From Glaucostegus cemiculus (taxonomy: Eukaryota): a DNA stretch of 64,000 nt. This document shows, in pieces, positions 24,035 to 37,643 of this stretch. The notes beneath the pieces are model-generated. The model saw only the letters and a list, made by a program, of their open reading frames with translations, had not been told where the DNA came from and made no database searches. Location: positions 9,052,001 through 9,116,000 of the forward strand of contig CDPCPM010000050.1 of NCBI GenBank assembly GCA_976551045.1, written 5' to 3'. Each line of letters starts with the position of its first letter. The stretch's first letter is position 1. The position numbers and the translations under genes are program-made.

Positions 24035-25030
24035 AATAAATGGGTCATTTTCAGATTGACATTTGGTATCTCGTTGGGTACTAGGATTCAGCTGTTTATC
24101 TTCTGCATTGACGAATTAGATGAAAGGATTGAATGTAGCTAGAGCTGCTGACAAAGATCAGTGGGTGAGCAAATTGTGAGGAAGATACAAAGACACTGAA
24201 ATAGCTGGAAGTAGGTTGAGTGAGCACAATGTTGGCAGGTGGAATATAATGTGGGAAAATGTGTGGTTATCCATTTTGGAAGGAAGAATCCAAAAGCAAA
24301 TTATTAGTTAAATGGAATGAGACAACAAAATATTGTGATACACAGAGACCTGGGCGTCCAAGTACATGAAACAAAAAGGAGACAGGTAAAGCGAACAACG
24401 AGGAAGGCTAATAGAACTATGGCTTTATTGCAAGGGGTAGGGATACAAAAATAGGAAAGTTTTCTTGCAACTTTGCAGCATGCTGTTGAAACCAGACCTA
24501 GAGTATGCATTGAGATTTTGTCTCCATATTTAATATTCATTGGAGGCAGTGTAGAGAAGGTTCTGGAGGTTGATTCCTGGGATAAAGTAGTTGCTGTCTG
24601 AAGAAAGGTGGATCAGGTTATGCCAATACTTTTTGGAGTGTTGAAGAATTAAAGGTGATCTTATTAACACACATAAGATGCTGACAGGATGGGTCCAGAG
24701 AGGATGCTTTCCCCACTGGGTGTATCTAGAACTAGTGAGCATAGCTCCAGAAGAAGGGATTGCCCATTTCAGATGGAGATGAGGAGGACTTCTCTGAGGA
24801 TTGTGAATCTTTGGAATTCTTTATGCCAGAGGGCTCTAGAGATGGATCATTGAATATATTCAAGAGGCAGTTGACGGATGATTACATTATGAGGAAATGG
24901 AGGGGTGTAGGGAGAAAGCAGAAAAGTGGTGTAGTGGCCAAGATTGGATCAGTCATGATCTTATTGAATGGCTGGGCATGCTCGAAGTGTTGACTGGCTG
25001 ACTGCTGCACCTATTTATTATGGTCCTGTC
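24035..25030 (+). mobile_element. CR1-like LINE 3' portion (RT C-terminus plus UTR)
   Basis: WQVEYNVGKC.VIHFGRKN, QRDLGV.VH, RPDLEY, RRFWRLIPG motifs; tail ggctgactgctgcacctatttattatgg. Confidence 0.82.
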
Positions 25031-25779
25031 TAATTCTTTGTTGAAATCTTTTACCAGTTTTTCTATCTCCCAGAGATCATTGTCAAATGTTGGTTTTCAC
25101 ATCACTTTTATACTGGAAAAGCAGCCTGCAAATGTCATGACTTTTTCTTGTGGGTTTCATGATTCAGTTGAGAGCTATATTATTATAAATTGTTAGAGGC
25201 CAATGTTATCTGAAGGTGTAACATATCTTTCAAAGAAATCTGAAGGAATAATAACCACTGATATTCTTTGAATTTAGTGAACCTTATCTCATCATTGATT
25301 CCAACAATCCCAAGTGCAGTGGAGCTGAAAATATATATATCTTGTGTACTCTAGGTGAATTGAGAGAGAGCATGGAACACTGAAGATAAAGCTTAAGGGA
25401 TTTAGATTGAGACAGTAAGGCTTTCTTCACTCAAACAATTGTGGATCACTGAATTTCTATGTTATTGAAACTTGTGGATGCCTAGTTGTTGAAAATATTC
25501 AAGAGGCAGAGATACTTTGGAAGGCAAGGGATTTGAGGGATATGTGAATGTGTTTGAGGGATGGTTGAGAGCAGGATTAATGTTGATTTTATGGTGGAGC
25601 AGTCTTGAAGGGCTGAATGGCCTACTACTATTTCCTCTGCTTAATGGAACAGAAAACATTCAAGGTACCCCAGACACATTATGAAAGAGAGAGGGAGAGA
25701 GAAAGTCAGAGTGTGTGCAAGATTCCTCCAACACAGTTGGAAAAGGAGATCTTTAGATTTGTGTAGGATGGGGAGGGGT

Positions 25780-27120
25780 AATAGAATGATTGACGAGGAC
25801 AGGGCAGTAGACGTTGTACCAAGAGGATTGGTGAGGGCAGGGCAGCTGACATTGCATCAAGAGGGTTGACAAGGGCATGCTAGTAAATGTACCAAGAGGA
25901 TTGATGAGGGCAGGATGGTAGACATTGTGCCAAGAGGATCGATTAGGGCAGGCTGGTAAATCTTGTCTACATGTACTTTAGGAAGGCCTTTGACAAGGTT
26001 CCGGATAGTAGGCTAGTTACATGGGATCCAGGGTGAGCTGGGAAACTGGATACAAAATTGGCTTGGTGGAAGGTGTCAGTGGAAGGTCGTTTTTCAGATT
26101 ATAAGCCTATGACTGGCACTGTGCTGCAGGGCTCAGTGCTGGGTCCACTGTTCATCATTTATATCAATGGTCTGAATGAGAATGCCATTGGCGTGATTAA
26201 TAATTTTGTGAATGTCATCAAAATTGGTGGTATAATGAACAGTGAAGAAGGTTATCTAAGATTACAACAGGATCTAGATCAGCTAGGAAAGTGGGCCAAG
26301 TAATGGCAAATGGAATTTAACTCGGACAAGTGTGAAGTGTTGCATTTTGGTAATTTAAACTAGGGCAGGACTTGCGCAGTATATGACAGGGCCCTGGAGA
26401 GTGTTGAGGGACATAAAGATACAAGTACCTTGTTCTCTGAAAATGGTGACACAGATACAGTTTGGTAAAGGTGTTTGGCACACTTGCCTTCATTGGTCAG
26501 GGCACTGAGTACAAGAGTTGGGAAGTAATGTTACAACCATACAAGATATTGGTGAGACCCTCTCAGAGCAATGTGTGCAGTTAACATTGCCTAGCTATAG
26601 GAAGGATTTCACTACATGGGAAAGGGTGTAGAAAAGATTCATAAGGATGTTACTGGGACTGGAGGGCTTGAGTTATAGGGAGAGACTTGGGAGAGGCTTG
26701 GGCTTTTCTCCCCTGGAACGTGAGAGACTGATGGGTGAACTTACAGAAGCAGTCGCTTAGAGGGGTACAGATAAGGTGGATGGTCCCAGTCTTTTTCCCA
26801 GGGTAGGGGAGTCTAAACCTAGAGAGCGTAGATTTAAGATGAGAGGGGAAAGATTTAAAAGGGACATAAGGGGCAACTTTTTCACAGAGTGTTGTGGGTA
26901 TACAGAATGAGTTGTCAGAGGAAATGGTAGACATGGGTACAATTACAACTTTTAAAAGAAATTTGGATTGGTAACTGGATAGGAAAGCTGTAGAGGGATG
27001 TTGGTCAAATGCAGACAAATGGGACAAGCTCAGGTAGGCAACTTGGTCAGCATGGATGAGTTGGGCCGAAGGGTCTGTTTCTGTGCTGTATAACTCTTTC
27101 ACTTTGTGATTCTATGATTT
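25780..27120 (+). mobile_element. 5'-truncated CR1-like LINE (~1.3 kb)
   Basis: IDE.RAVDVV, F.KAFDKV, VLQGSVLGPLF.IYIN, LQQDLDQLGKWA, FNSDKCEVLHFG; tail gggccgaagggtctgtttctgtgctgta. Confidence 0.9.
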
Positions 27121-27369
27121 GGCTTTGGGATAGCTTAGACAGAAAATGTGATTGGTCAGTTTTACTGTTGGGGTTCTGTTCATACAGCATAATTTATCAC
27201 AGATAGTTGATCTAGTCCACAGCATTTCATTTTTCAAAATAAATATTGTTCATTTTCATTTAACACTTTGTCAACATTGCCCACTCTGGAAATAGGAACT
27301 GGACAAGCAGTTTGTTGAGGAGACTGACAGTAAAACATGATTCTAAACGAGTGACAAAAGAGAATATGT

Positions 27370-29100
27370 ATAAAAATAAAAATGCTGGAAGTAATTAGGT
27401 CAGTCGGTATCTGTGAAGTGAGAAGTAGAGTGTTTCAAGTTGATTACCTTGCATCAGAGCTAGGAATAGTTAGAGATGAAACAAGCTTTATGATGTAGAG
27501 CGGGAGCATGAGGATAGGTTAACTCGCAAAATGGGATGATAGTGCAAAGGGAATGGAGGGGGTAGAAGTATTCTTAAGGGAATAACAGGTGATTCTGGAG
27601 GAGATGTAATGCAGAATAAAATGCAGAATAATTACCTAAAATGACCATAGGACAGTGGACTGAATGCTGGAAATGTGAAATAAAAATACTGGCAATGCTG
27701 ATTATCTGAAAGTGTTGTGTCCAGATGGCTGCAATATGCCCAGCAGGTAAATATACTGTTCCTTGAGATGTTGAACTTTGCTGGAACAGCATAGGAGGCG
27801 AGGGACAGAGTGTTGATTCTGTGAGTGAGATGGAGGATTAAAACAATGCGTATCTGGAGGATCAGGATTACACTTGCCACCAGACAGTTACTTTGCAAAG
27901 CAGTCACTTGATCTGCATTTAGTCTCGCCAGTGTAGACGTAAGTGGCATTTTAGAATACGAGCAACTTGTTACCACATGTCGAAAGAGTGTTTAAGGCCT
28001 TGGGTGTTAGGGAGAAAGGAGATAACATCTGTGATTGCTTGGGAGGGTGCCACGGGGAACGGAGTGGGTAAAGCCGGAGATGGAAGAGTGAATCAGCGTG
28101 TCCAACAATGAACAGAGTCTTTGAAATCTTGAACAAGGAGGAGAGGTGAAGATGCAGCCGTTCATGGAATGACATTGGAGATGCTTGAGATTGTGGAGGA
28201 TGATCTGTTGAATATACAGGCTGTTGGAGTGGAAAGTGAGGACAGGAGTAATCCAGTCCCAGCTCTAGAAGTTGGTGGGGGGGCGGAGGGGAGGGGAAGG
28301 TGGGAAGAAAAGGTCCAAGTAGTGGTGTGTGAAATGGGACAGACGTATCTCAGGGATATGTTGATTGTTTGAAGGGGAATTCAGATCCAAGGAGAAAGAA
28401 AACCTATTGGAAGTAAAAGAGAATGGTGGAAATACTCAGCAGGTCAAATCGCATCTGTGGAGAAAGAAACAAGCGCTAATGTTTCAGGTTGATGACCTTT
28501 CTCTGGAGCTAGGAACAATTAGAAATCGCAATTAGATTTCAGAAAAGAAGGAAGGGTGAAGAGTACAAAGGGGAAGTGTGTATTCGGATGGAGACAAAGT
28601 GAGACCGAATGACACCACAGATGGTGATGGTGGCTGAAAGAGGGTGGTGAAGGTTTGTTAATGGCAGCTGATCTGTTAGCAGAAGGCATAAATTGAAGGT
28701 GATGAATGAGGAGAGGGAAACATATTGAAAGCACTGGTATGGAACAAGGCATCATTCAAACAGATTTAACAGAGCGTCAGAAACCACAGGAGAATGGAAT
28801 GTGTCTTGCAGGAATTACAGTCGGATGAAGTATAATCATGGCAGCTGTGGGGGTCAGTAGACACATGGTGCTCCTTTAAATGAAGATGGAGAAAGGAAGG
28901 GAAAAGTCAGGGATGGGCTGTGTGCAGGCAAGACCACTGTGAAAATTTGCAACTGAAAGCTGATGACATTTTCCAATTTGGGCAAAGGTAGCAGTGAAAC
29001 AGTCCCACAAAGAGAGCAGTATAGCATGTATCCATAGTAGAATCTTACTTGGAGGAAGTGAATGGAATTCAAAGAGAAGTTGATCATTGTGAAGGCAGGC
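27370..29100 (-). mobile_element. Penelope-like element remnants (RT plus GIY-YIG endonuclease)
   Basis: Minus strand: TDPHSC.DYTSS..NSCK..SI (28790-28865; ~PTDSHSYLDYTSSHP..CK) and YTGETKCRSSDCFAK*L (27885-27935; ~YIGETKRRLGDRFAEHL). Terminal motif gctggaa.tactcagcaggtca..cagcatctgtggag at ~27380 and ~28425. Confidence 0.72.
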
Positions 29101-29104
29101 GAGG

Positions 29105-29912
29105 GTAGGTCAGTGGACTATATGGACTTCAGCAAGGCCTTTGACAAGGTCCTGAATGGCAGGCAAATCTGGAAGGTGAGATTGCATGGGATACTTGGAG
29201 AGATAGCTAACTGGATTCATAATTGGCTCGATGGTAGGAAACAGAGAGTGATGATTGAAGGTTGTTTCTCGGACTGGAGGCCTGTGACTAGTGGTGTGCC
29301 ACAGAGGTTGGTGCTGGGACCTTTGGATGTGAATGTATAAGACCTTTGTTGTTTGTTATTTATACAAACGATTTGGATGTGAATGTACAAGGCATGGTTA
29401 GTAAGTTTGTGGATGCTACTAAAATAGGTGGTATCATTGACAGTGAAGACAGCTATCAAAAATTACAAGGTGATCTTCATCAGCTGGGTAAGTGGGCTGA
29501 AGACTGGCAAATGACTTTCAATTAAGATGTGCAAAATACAGCATTTTGAGAAGTCAAACCAAGGTGGACTTGTACCATGAGGGCCCTGGGGAATGTTGAG
29601 GAATAGAGGGACCTGGGAGTACAAGTGCATGGTTCCCTGTAAGTGGCTTTATAGGTCAACAGGGTGGCGAAGAAGGCGTTTGGCATGCTGGCCTTCACCA
29701 GTCAGGGCTTGAGTATCGGAGTTGCAGTTGCACAGGATGTTGGTGAGTTTTGTGGACAGTTTTGGTTGCCTGGTTATAGGAAAGATATCATTAAACAGGA
29801 ACGAGTGCCGAGAAGATTTACAAGGATGCTGCCAGGACTCGAGAGGCTGAGAAATGGGGAGAGGTTCGGCAGGATAAGACTTTATTCCTTGGAACATAGG
29901 AGATAGAGGGGT
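29105..29912 (+). mobile_element. CR1-like LINE RT fragment
   Basis: ORF 29062..29340: YMDFSKAFDKV..KVRLHGI.GEIANWIHNWL.GRKQRV.IEGCFSDWRPVTSGVPQ..VLGPL; ORF 29664: KKAFGMLAF..RRFTRMLPGLE. Confidence 0.9.
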
Positions 29913-30377
29913 GCAAAAAATCCCTTCATTGATGATGTCTGACCTGTTGAGTATTGACCACATTTTCTTGTTACTTAACCTCATAGGAATTTGTTGTATT
30001 CATAGTTCTTTCTTTGAATGTGCAACCCCTTATCTCTTTGCCCCATTGTTGATGGCTTTGCTTTCAGGTGTTGAGGCCACTAAACCTGAAATTCCCTCCA
30101 TAAACCTATGTCTCTCCACTTTAAGAATAAAATCCACCTCTCTACCTGTGGGACTGGTCTCTGGATCAGAGGGTCTATCTAAATGCAAGTTGATTTTGTT
30201 CAGTGTTATTTCTCAGCTGTGTGATAAAAGCAATGCATAAAGACTTGGCTCTGTTATTTAATAGTCTGTCCAAATTCCAGATACAGTAATTCTCAACTAA
30301 CAGCACAGAGGCCCTATAAAATAACATAAGAACTACATTTATATAAGTGCTCCTTTCAGAGTATTCACAGCACTTTC

Positions 30378-30790
30378 ATAGAAACATAGAAATTAGAGTA
30401 GGCTGTTTGACATTTTGAGCCTTCTCTGCCATTCAATTCAATCATAGCTGATAATCTGTCTCAATACCATATGCTTGCTCTCTCCCCATACTTCTTGATG
30501 CTTTTTGCATCAAGTAATTTATCTATCTCCTCCTCAAATATATTAAGTGACGTGGTCTCTACACCCTTTTGTGGCAGCAAATTCTACAGGTTCACCGCCT
30601 ACTTAGTGAAGAAATTTCTCTTCATTATCAATCTTAAGAGTCTTGCTCTCTAACCCGGGAGTGTGAAACACTCCTTTCTCAGTTAGGGGAAACATCATTC
30701 AGTCTGTCAAGCCCTGTCAGTATTTTGTAAGTGTCAATTTGATCTCCTTTCATTCTTTCAAACTATAGTGAATACAAATCTGGATGATCT
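30378..30790 (-). mobile_element. CR1-like LINE 3' end
   Basis: Reverse-complement tail catagaaacatagaaatta..gagtaggc..ttgagccttct and C-terminal coding remnants. Confidence 0.7.
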
Positions 30791-33700
30791 AACCTGTCAT
30801 CATACAAAGGCGCCACCATCCCAGAATTCAGAAATCAGACTGGTGATTCCAGCCAAAGTATTATTTTTGAAGTGTAGTCATGATTCTAATACAGAAAAGG
30901 TGGCAGCCAATTTATATTCAGTTATTTTCCAAAAACAGCAAAATGACAGTCATCAGTTGGTAGCATTGATAGGGTTTTCATACAGGCTGGAATACCAAGA
31001 AATATCATCGTTGCTCAGCTAAAACAAGCTGTGAAGCAAAATAACCAGATCTAGGCCTGATTTTTAAAAAAAATCATTAAGGAAATGAAATTGAAAATAG
31101 GCCATCTTTCAGGTAATGTTTTTTGTCGACAAAAACTATACCCAAGAATAGTAATAGTTATTTGGTATTATAAAATAATGAATAAACTAGCTATCTTCAT
31201 AGAGGAAAATGTTTAAGGCAGGAACTGACTCTCCATTGTTTCCAGTGGGATTGAATATCAGAAGAATTTGGACACGAACATGTTTTAATTGAAGAAAAAG
31301 TGACTCTGGAGCCATGAAGCAGATCTTTAGAATTTTGGGATGCATAATATGAATGTAGAAATTGAGAACATTGGTTCCATGTTCATGAGCCCCAAGCAAT
31401 ATTGGAGTAACGGCTGCCTGTAATCAGTGCCTGCTGTCACTGCACACCTGCACTTACCAGGGCTGGACTCGGCATGGTGCAGCTTGTTCTGCATGGCCTG
31501 GGCCAATGTTTAAAGACATTTAAAAATTATTAACATCGAGGTAAATAATTAGAAAAAGAAAATTATTATTTAAAAAAACCAGTTAATTAAAAGCACAACA
31601 CAGTTAGAAATAATTAAAACATGAAATAAAAGCAAAATTATTTTTGAAAAGTGTCTCATCTTCCCACTTGCTTCATAAATCTGTGACCTACAAACCCCAT
31701 TGTTGTCAGTGGAGATTTAGCTCCTATCCTTTAATGCTGGGGAATCCTAGCAAGACAGGGATGTGCTGCTAAACTCCATATAGGTGCTAGCAGGGGAGTA
31801 TGGAGGCCAAACCTGTCACTGTCCTGGAATACTGCATTCTACCATGCATTAGCACAAGTCTGGGACTGAATTTGGTTTGATTGACTGGGACTGCTGGTCA
31901 CAGCCAGTACGATCCAGCCTAGCACTGGATGTGCAGGATAGTGTGCCACTGATAGCAGCTGATGCTGCAGCAGGGACTGAGGAATCATGTTTGTGATCAG
32001 CTTTGAATGGTATAGGGTTAAATATGCACCAAGATGATCTAATTCCTACATTGTTTCTTTTGCTGCAGGAAAAGGGAGAAATTTGCCTGTGGATGGCAGC
32101 AGTTAGGTTTGAGTAATGTGGTGCTTAGAGGTTTGAACAATATTTCTGCAGAACTTTACTCTGAAGAATAAATAGTTTGGTTCCAGGCCACAGGAGTTAT
32201 TTATACATGCTTGATGGAAGCAAATGTTCAAATCCACTCAGTTGATTCAACTGAGTTTGGGCTGTTTACCTAGAGGTAAAAAATAAAAATGCCCAGAAAA
32301 GTCAAGATTAAACAAAAAGCCTGAAACTCCTTTTCTTTCTGTTTATTATTAAGTATCTTGGTGATTATCAAAATTTCACAAATAAGAAAAAGAAGATAAA
32401 GTTCACATTGTTCAAAGTTCATCCATGACTGCACAGTTGCTTTCACCCTTTCAACAACATACTTTCCACTAACTGATAAATGAAGTTGTGAAGATGGCCA
32501 CATTGCTGTGAAGCAGTAAAGCTGAGTGTGATTCTCGGGGGAATCAAAGGTCTGTTCAGTTCTGTATCTGATGGTGAGTTCCAAGCATTGGACTGGGGGA
32601 GGCAATGCTGGAGATAGGGTGGGAGAACTAGCTAGAGATCAGAATCCAGTTACCCCCCAGCTACCTCCTTAATCTGACTAATGTTTTGGGAAATTGAAAT
32701 AATCACTGGTATTTGTGATCAGCTTTTTGCATTTATATGCAGTTGATTAGTAGTTTTGTATGTCACCAGTTTTGCTCTGGATGGATCCAGAGCCAAAATG
32801 TGGGGATAGGAAGATCACTACAAAAGACTTTTGTAGTGGTCCTCCTATACAAGGCTACGGAGGTCTACCAACATCTGACATGAGAACTTTAGCCTACAGA
32901 AGCATTGCTGTTCTCCGAGGTCAAGGAAGCTGAACCATTGTAAAGTCTGTGACATGAGAATTTGTCCTTTTCATCTCTGCTTGGTTCATGTCAGCACAGT
33001 CCAGGATAATGATGTTTCTCCCTTTGGATCTGCGAAGGAATACCTCCTATCCTGATTTGATCAATCTGAAATGCTTAAATAAATCTCTCTCCACACAAGA
33101 TTGCTCTGCAAGCATTTATTTGAAGGAACTGAAACAGAAACTGTAATAAATGAGCTTTTAAACAGATGGGACAAAGATGACTTTAACTACTCTCCTGAGA
33201 TGTTGCCAAAACTTACTTCCATTTCCTTGGTAAGTCCCCTGAGGCCCGTAAAGCACAATTAAATTTGGAGCCATTTTGAAAACACCCTATTAACATCTCC
33301 TATTAGTGTGTGTCCAATTATGAAATCTCTACTTTCTTGCCGTAGCCTAAACAAGGCTCCAATACAACCCTGAAACGTGCACGTTAGAGCCAGGTTGTCC
33401 TACTCCTGCTTTAATAATCTATTATTTTTATTCCTTCCCTGCTTTAGCCTTTGTTCTTGGGAGCTAATATTTCTCGCAGACCTTGGAGCAGGGCATGGCC
33501 TCACACTACCTAGATCTTACACAATTGGAACTTTGTGGCTGAATCTGCCTGCCTTCTCACTTCATTCCCATCTTTACAAAATGTTTTAAGTCCTCAACAG
33601 CCTTCATAACTACTAAAGCAGAGCTAGAAATCTGCTCCTTTAACAATGTTCTCTAAATGTGCATTTGAACCAAGCTTTCAAACATATTCCTTTCTTCTTT

Positions 33701-34884
33701 ATTCCTTTTGTTGCCTCCCTAATCCCCTCCATGTAAGATGATGTAGGACCTTTTCTGTGTTGTAGGTATGTTCATATGCAAGGCATTTTGGGTATGGGTG
33801 TTGGGTGACCATGGGAACAGTCCTGATAGTAATGCCTCACAATTAAATAGCTGACCCTCAGTAATTTTGTTATAAGGTTGTTGTTTAGAAATGGCCACAG
33901 AGAAGAGGGTACAGGGACACTTGTAGAACTGTAAATCAGAGTTAACATTTTAGCAACCAGGGGGCAGGATGACGTGCACTGTTGGAAAAAAAGCTGAATA
34001 CTCTGTTTTAAAACTTGCATGTTGTGCAAAAGGGAGATAGTGAGTCATTTGATATTCAGCAATAAAAATTTAGGTGATAGAATTATTAAAATAATGTACA
34101 GGAACTCCCTTGTCCTCTAGATTTTATTAATAAGTGTTCAAAATATTCTTCTGTGTAGTATCACTGTGCTGTTCTTTTTAACTATTTGCTATCGGTAGTG
34201 GGCCACAATAACTCAAATTGTGGCATATTACACATATAAAATAGGCTGAACAATGACAATATTAATTTGTTTTAACAGATTTGTTGATGAATAAAACTTA
34301 GATGAGCATTGCACAAAACCTCTGAATTATCCAGTAACTAAGATTAACATTGGGTGAAGCAACTTTATATGTAGATTTAAAAGCATAAAGCAGATTGAAG
34401 TATTTAGTTGTTACAGCTACATTCAATGGGCGTGGCTACATACGGACTATGTTGCTGATTTCCAATCCCAAATGGAAATTTCATAATATGTAGTGCCTTA
34501 CTTACTTCCATTTAAGCCTACAGGAGATTTCCTGATTTAAGATCAGTGCTCGCAGAGAGAGGTTTAAATACATTGGCTTTCTTGAAGTTCTTTGAAATTG
34601 TGAAATATTCTTTGAAATCTATCATACACTAATTTTTTTTCTTTCATTCCAATATTTATTTCATTGGCAGGCCTCTCATGCCATCATTACTTACAACTAA
34701 GCAGCAAGTACAGGAATAAATGTCCTGGCTTGTTCTTGTTCTTCCTTACTTAGCATATATTTACCTCTCTGGGGAAGTGTCCTTGTGAGCAATGTAGAGA
34801 CTTGTGTGATATACGTGCATTCTGTCAGTCAGGTGAAGTAGTGAAGTCACCAACCTGCTACAGGACCCCTATTTCAGTAAAGGG

Positions 34885-35250
34885 CTTGAACTTTTATAGC
34901 ACCTTGTGAGACCTTGGGACGTTCCAGGGTGCTTTACAGCTAACGATCTGCTTTTGTACTGCAGCCAATTAATACACACATCTCACAAACAGCAACAAGA
35001 TTTATTGGCACATTATCTGATTTTAATGATGTTGGTTGAGAGAAATATTTATAAGGGCACCAAGAGAATTTCATTGAATAGAAGTTTGTGGTTTTTTAAT
35101 CCATCTGAGTTTGCATCGAGGGTATAACATCTTACATAAAGGATAACCTCGTTGCAGCACAGCCTCAAAACTACACTGAGGTGTCAGATTGAATCATGCA
35201 CTCAGGCCTTCGGAACAAAATACACTCAACTTTGATTCAAAATGGGAAAA
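34885..35250 (-). mobile_element. Deu-domain SINE (SacSINE1/AmnSINE1-like) fragment
   Basis: ttatagcacc..gggacgttcca..gctttacagc..gcagccaatt..cacaaacagcaa..tgatgttggttgag; homologous to 50715-51125. Confidence 0.6.
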
Positions 35251-36859
35251 TAAATGGATTCTTAACCTGCTTGACTATAATAGTGCAGGAACATTTTCAA
35301 AGTAGTGAAACACTGAGGTTTAGCTTAGCAATTCCCTCTCCAAATGGAATTAATAATATATCAAATAGATCTTTCTAAAGGGCTGCAGGTAGTTATCATT
35401 AGAATATGATTGCAGTAAGCCTAACTCTTGGAAGGGAACTCATTAAAGGTTTGTTTTATATAAAATGAGACCTAGAGTTTGTGTGGTGTGTCGTCTGAAG
35501 AATTATGTATTCACTTTGAACTTGAATTTAACACAGACTATTCAGCAGCAACAAATTTGCAGTAAGATAAACACTTTTTGATTTTTTTTTGTAATGAGGT
35601 AGTCAGCTGGGGCAAAATACAGAAAGGGAAAACAGAGTCTTAACAAAAATCCAGGCAAGCTTACCCATCCCATCTGAGTTGGAAACGGTTTTATAGGTGC
35701 TTATAATGAGACTCTTGCATCTGTTATCATGCCACATCTGCCTGCAAAAAGGGACAGACTGCAGGTGGGTGGGAGGATTATGCAGCCAAATAGATTTCTC
35801 CTTAAGCTCGTGTATTATTTCCAGTTAGCTGCCATGAGAGTGGTTGGAAGCTTCAGCTGGAATTATAACACTGATGATCTTGGACCATGGCTGTTTTAAA
35901 CTTAAAGACATTGCATTCAGTAAAAAAAAAATTCAGAAGTCCTGTTTTAGTTATGTTTGGTTCTTGCAACAAAATACTTGAAAAAGCTGTGAGACCAGCT
36001 TTTTACTGTAATTCAGCTACAAAATATTGACTGGATTTATTTGGACCTTTTATTTGAATACAGTCATTAAAAGTAGATCAGCTTCTCCTTTATCAAAATG
36101 AATAATGTGGCAGATAATGTACACTTCAGATGTAGAAGTCTAGAATATTAAAATGAAGCTTCTGTAGCTAAAGTAACTGACTCATGAGAGTAAAGATTCT
36201 GGCAAAAAAGTGAAAATCTGTTCACTGGATTTGTATTTTCATTGTAATTACTTGTGAAAATTAATGCATCGAGTGCGCTAACATTTGTAAAACATGAATC
36301 ATAGTAATAGCTAAAGCTGTTAATGAGTCTTTTAATCATCTATTTAAAAAGATTTTTAATTAAAATTGTCATTTATTCAAAATGGCATTTTTTTATAATC
36401 TGTTGTATATGCAACAGATGTTAAAAATTCTACATCTTGTCCAGACAATTAGTTGGGTTGTTAACACATCAGTGGTGTGCTACACAACCACTTAACTGCC
36501 ATGCTGAACTTCATAATTTTTGAGCAGCTATGCAACATTAATTTCATTGTGTAAAGTAAGTAGAACTAAATTGACCAAAAATAATTATTGTAGTTTAGTT
36601 TGTAATTTTGTCACATTTCAAAATTATGAATTGCAAAATTAAATCTTGCTACCTCCTCTCACCCCATTCAGCATAGAATTAGTTGAGAAAATTGTTGTAA
36701 GGATTTTGTTATGGACACAACAGTTCAAGTCAGCACAGAAACTTCACTTTATTCATTTGCAAAAGCAGATGACATTGTGTTGAAGTGTTGGCAGTAAGTG
36801 CAACTTATGGATCTGGCTCTCTTTTATTGGTTTCTACCTTTGTTCAGTGATAGTATTAT

Positions 36860-37170
36860 ATTAGGAGCTCCACTCCAGGACATGATCACATTATTTCCAA
36901 GGTGGCATGAAGTGAGTGCTGAACAGTTTTTTTTTAAGATGAAACATTAAAATGAAGTTCTGTCTGCTCCCTTGATAAGTCTGTAATAGAACCCTTGCCA
37001 CTATTTGGGGGGAAAAAGGGTAGAAGTGTTCTTCCAGTGTGTTGTCCAACACTTGTATCCAAAACAATATCTTTAAAAGTGATTATCTAATCTGAGAGGT
37101 TGCTGAGAGGTTGCTGCGTTCCATAATTATAATGGTCATAACACCACAAGATTAGGAAATACTTCATAAT
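36860..37170 (+). mobile_element. Deu-domain SINE fragment just upstream of SPRING1 exon 2
   Basis: ccactccagggacatga.cacatta..gatgaaacattaaa..ctgtctgc..gccactatt..gtgttcttccagtgt..ccaaca; reverse complement of the 50715-51125 family. Confidence 0.5.
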
Positions 37171-37251
37171 TTTCAGATGTTACTGATGATGAATGAGAAT
37201 ATGAGTGCCATGATTTTTTTTTGTACCTTCTGTCTTGCTTAATGCCTTTAG

Positions 37252-37408
37252 GAGGAAAGAACGGTACTCGACCGAAATTTGCTGCAGCTTCGAGGTCCTG
37301 AACGGCGAATCGTATGGAAAGTGCGTTTTAACCTCGGCAACAGCAGTAGACAGAATGCACAGTGTCGAAACTCCATCCAGGGTAAACTGCTAATTACAGA
37401 TGAACAGG
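37252..37408 (+). CDS. SPRING1: SPRING1 exon 2: [52 protein letters not shown](G)
   Basis: Acceptor cctttAG, donor G|GTGAGG; 157 nt. Conserved RNLL motif, NSS sequon and [12 protein letters not shown]. Confidence 0.96.
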
Positions 37409-37643
37409 GTGAGGAGATGTACCATGACCTGTTTTCTTCCACTGAGCACATCCACCTACTCATTTTCTTAAATACAACAGGCTGTTCATTAATTGTCATG
37501 TGATGTTTTTTAAAAAGGTTGATAATCTAATAGTGTGCACTCTGTAACATTTTGACATTGTTTCATGCATCGAACAAGCCATACAAATCCTAAAATAATT
37601 TAGAGATTTATCATTGTTTCCCTTTTATTCCATTTTATTGCAG

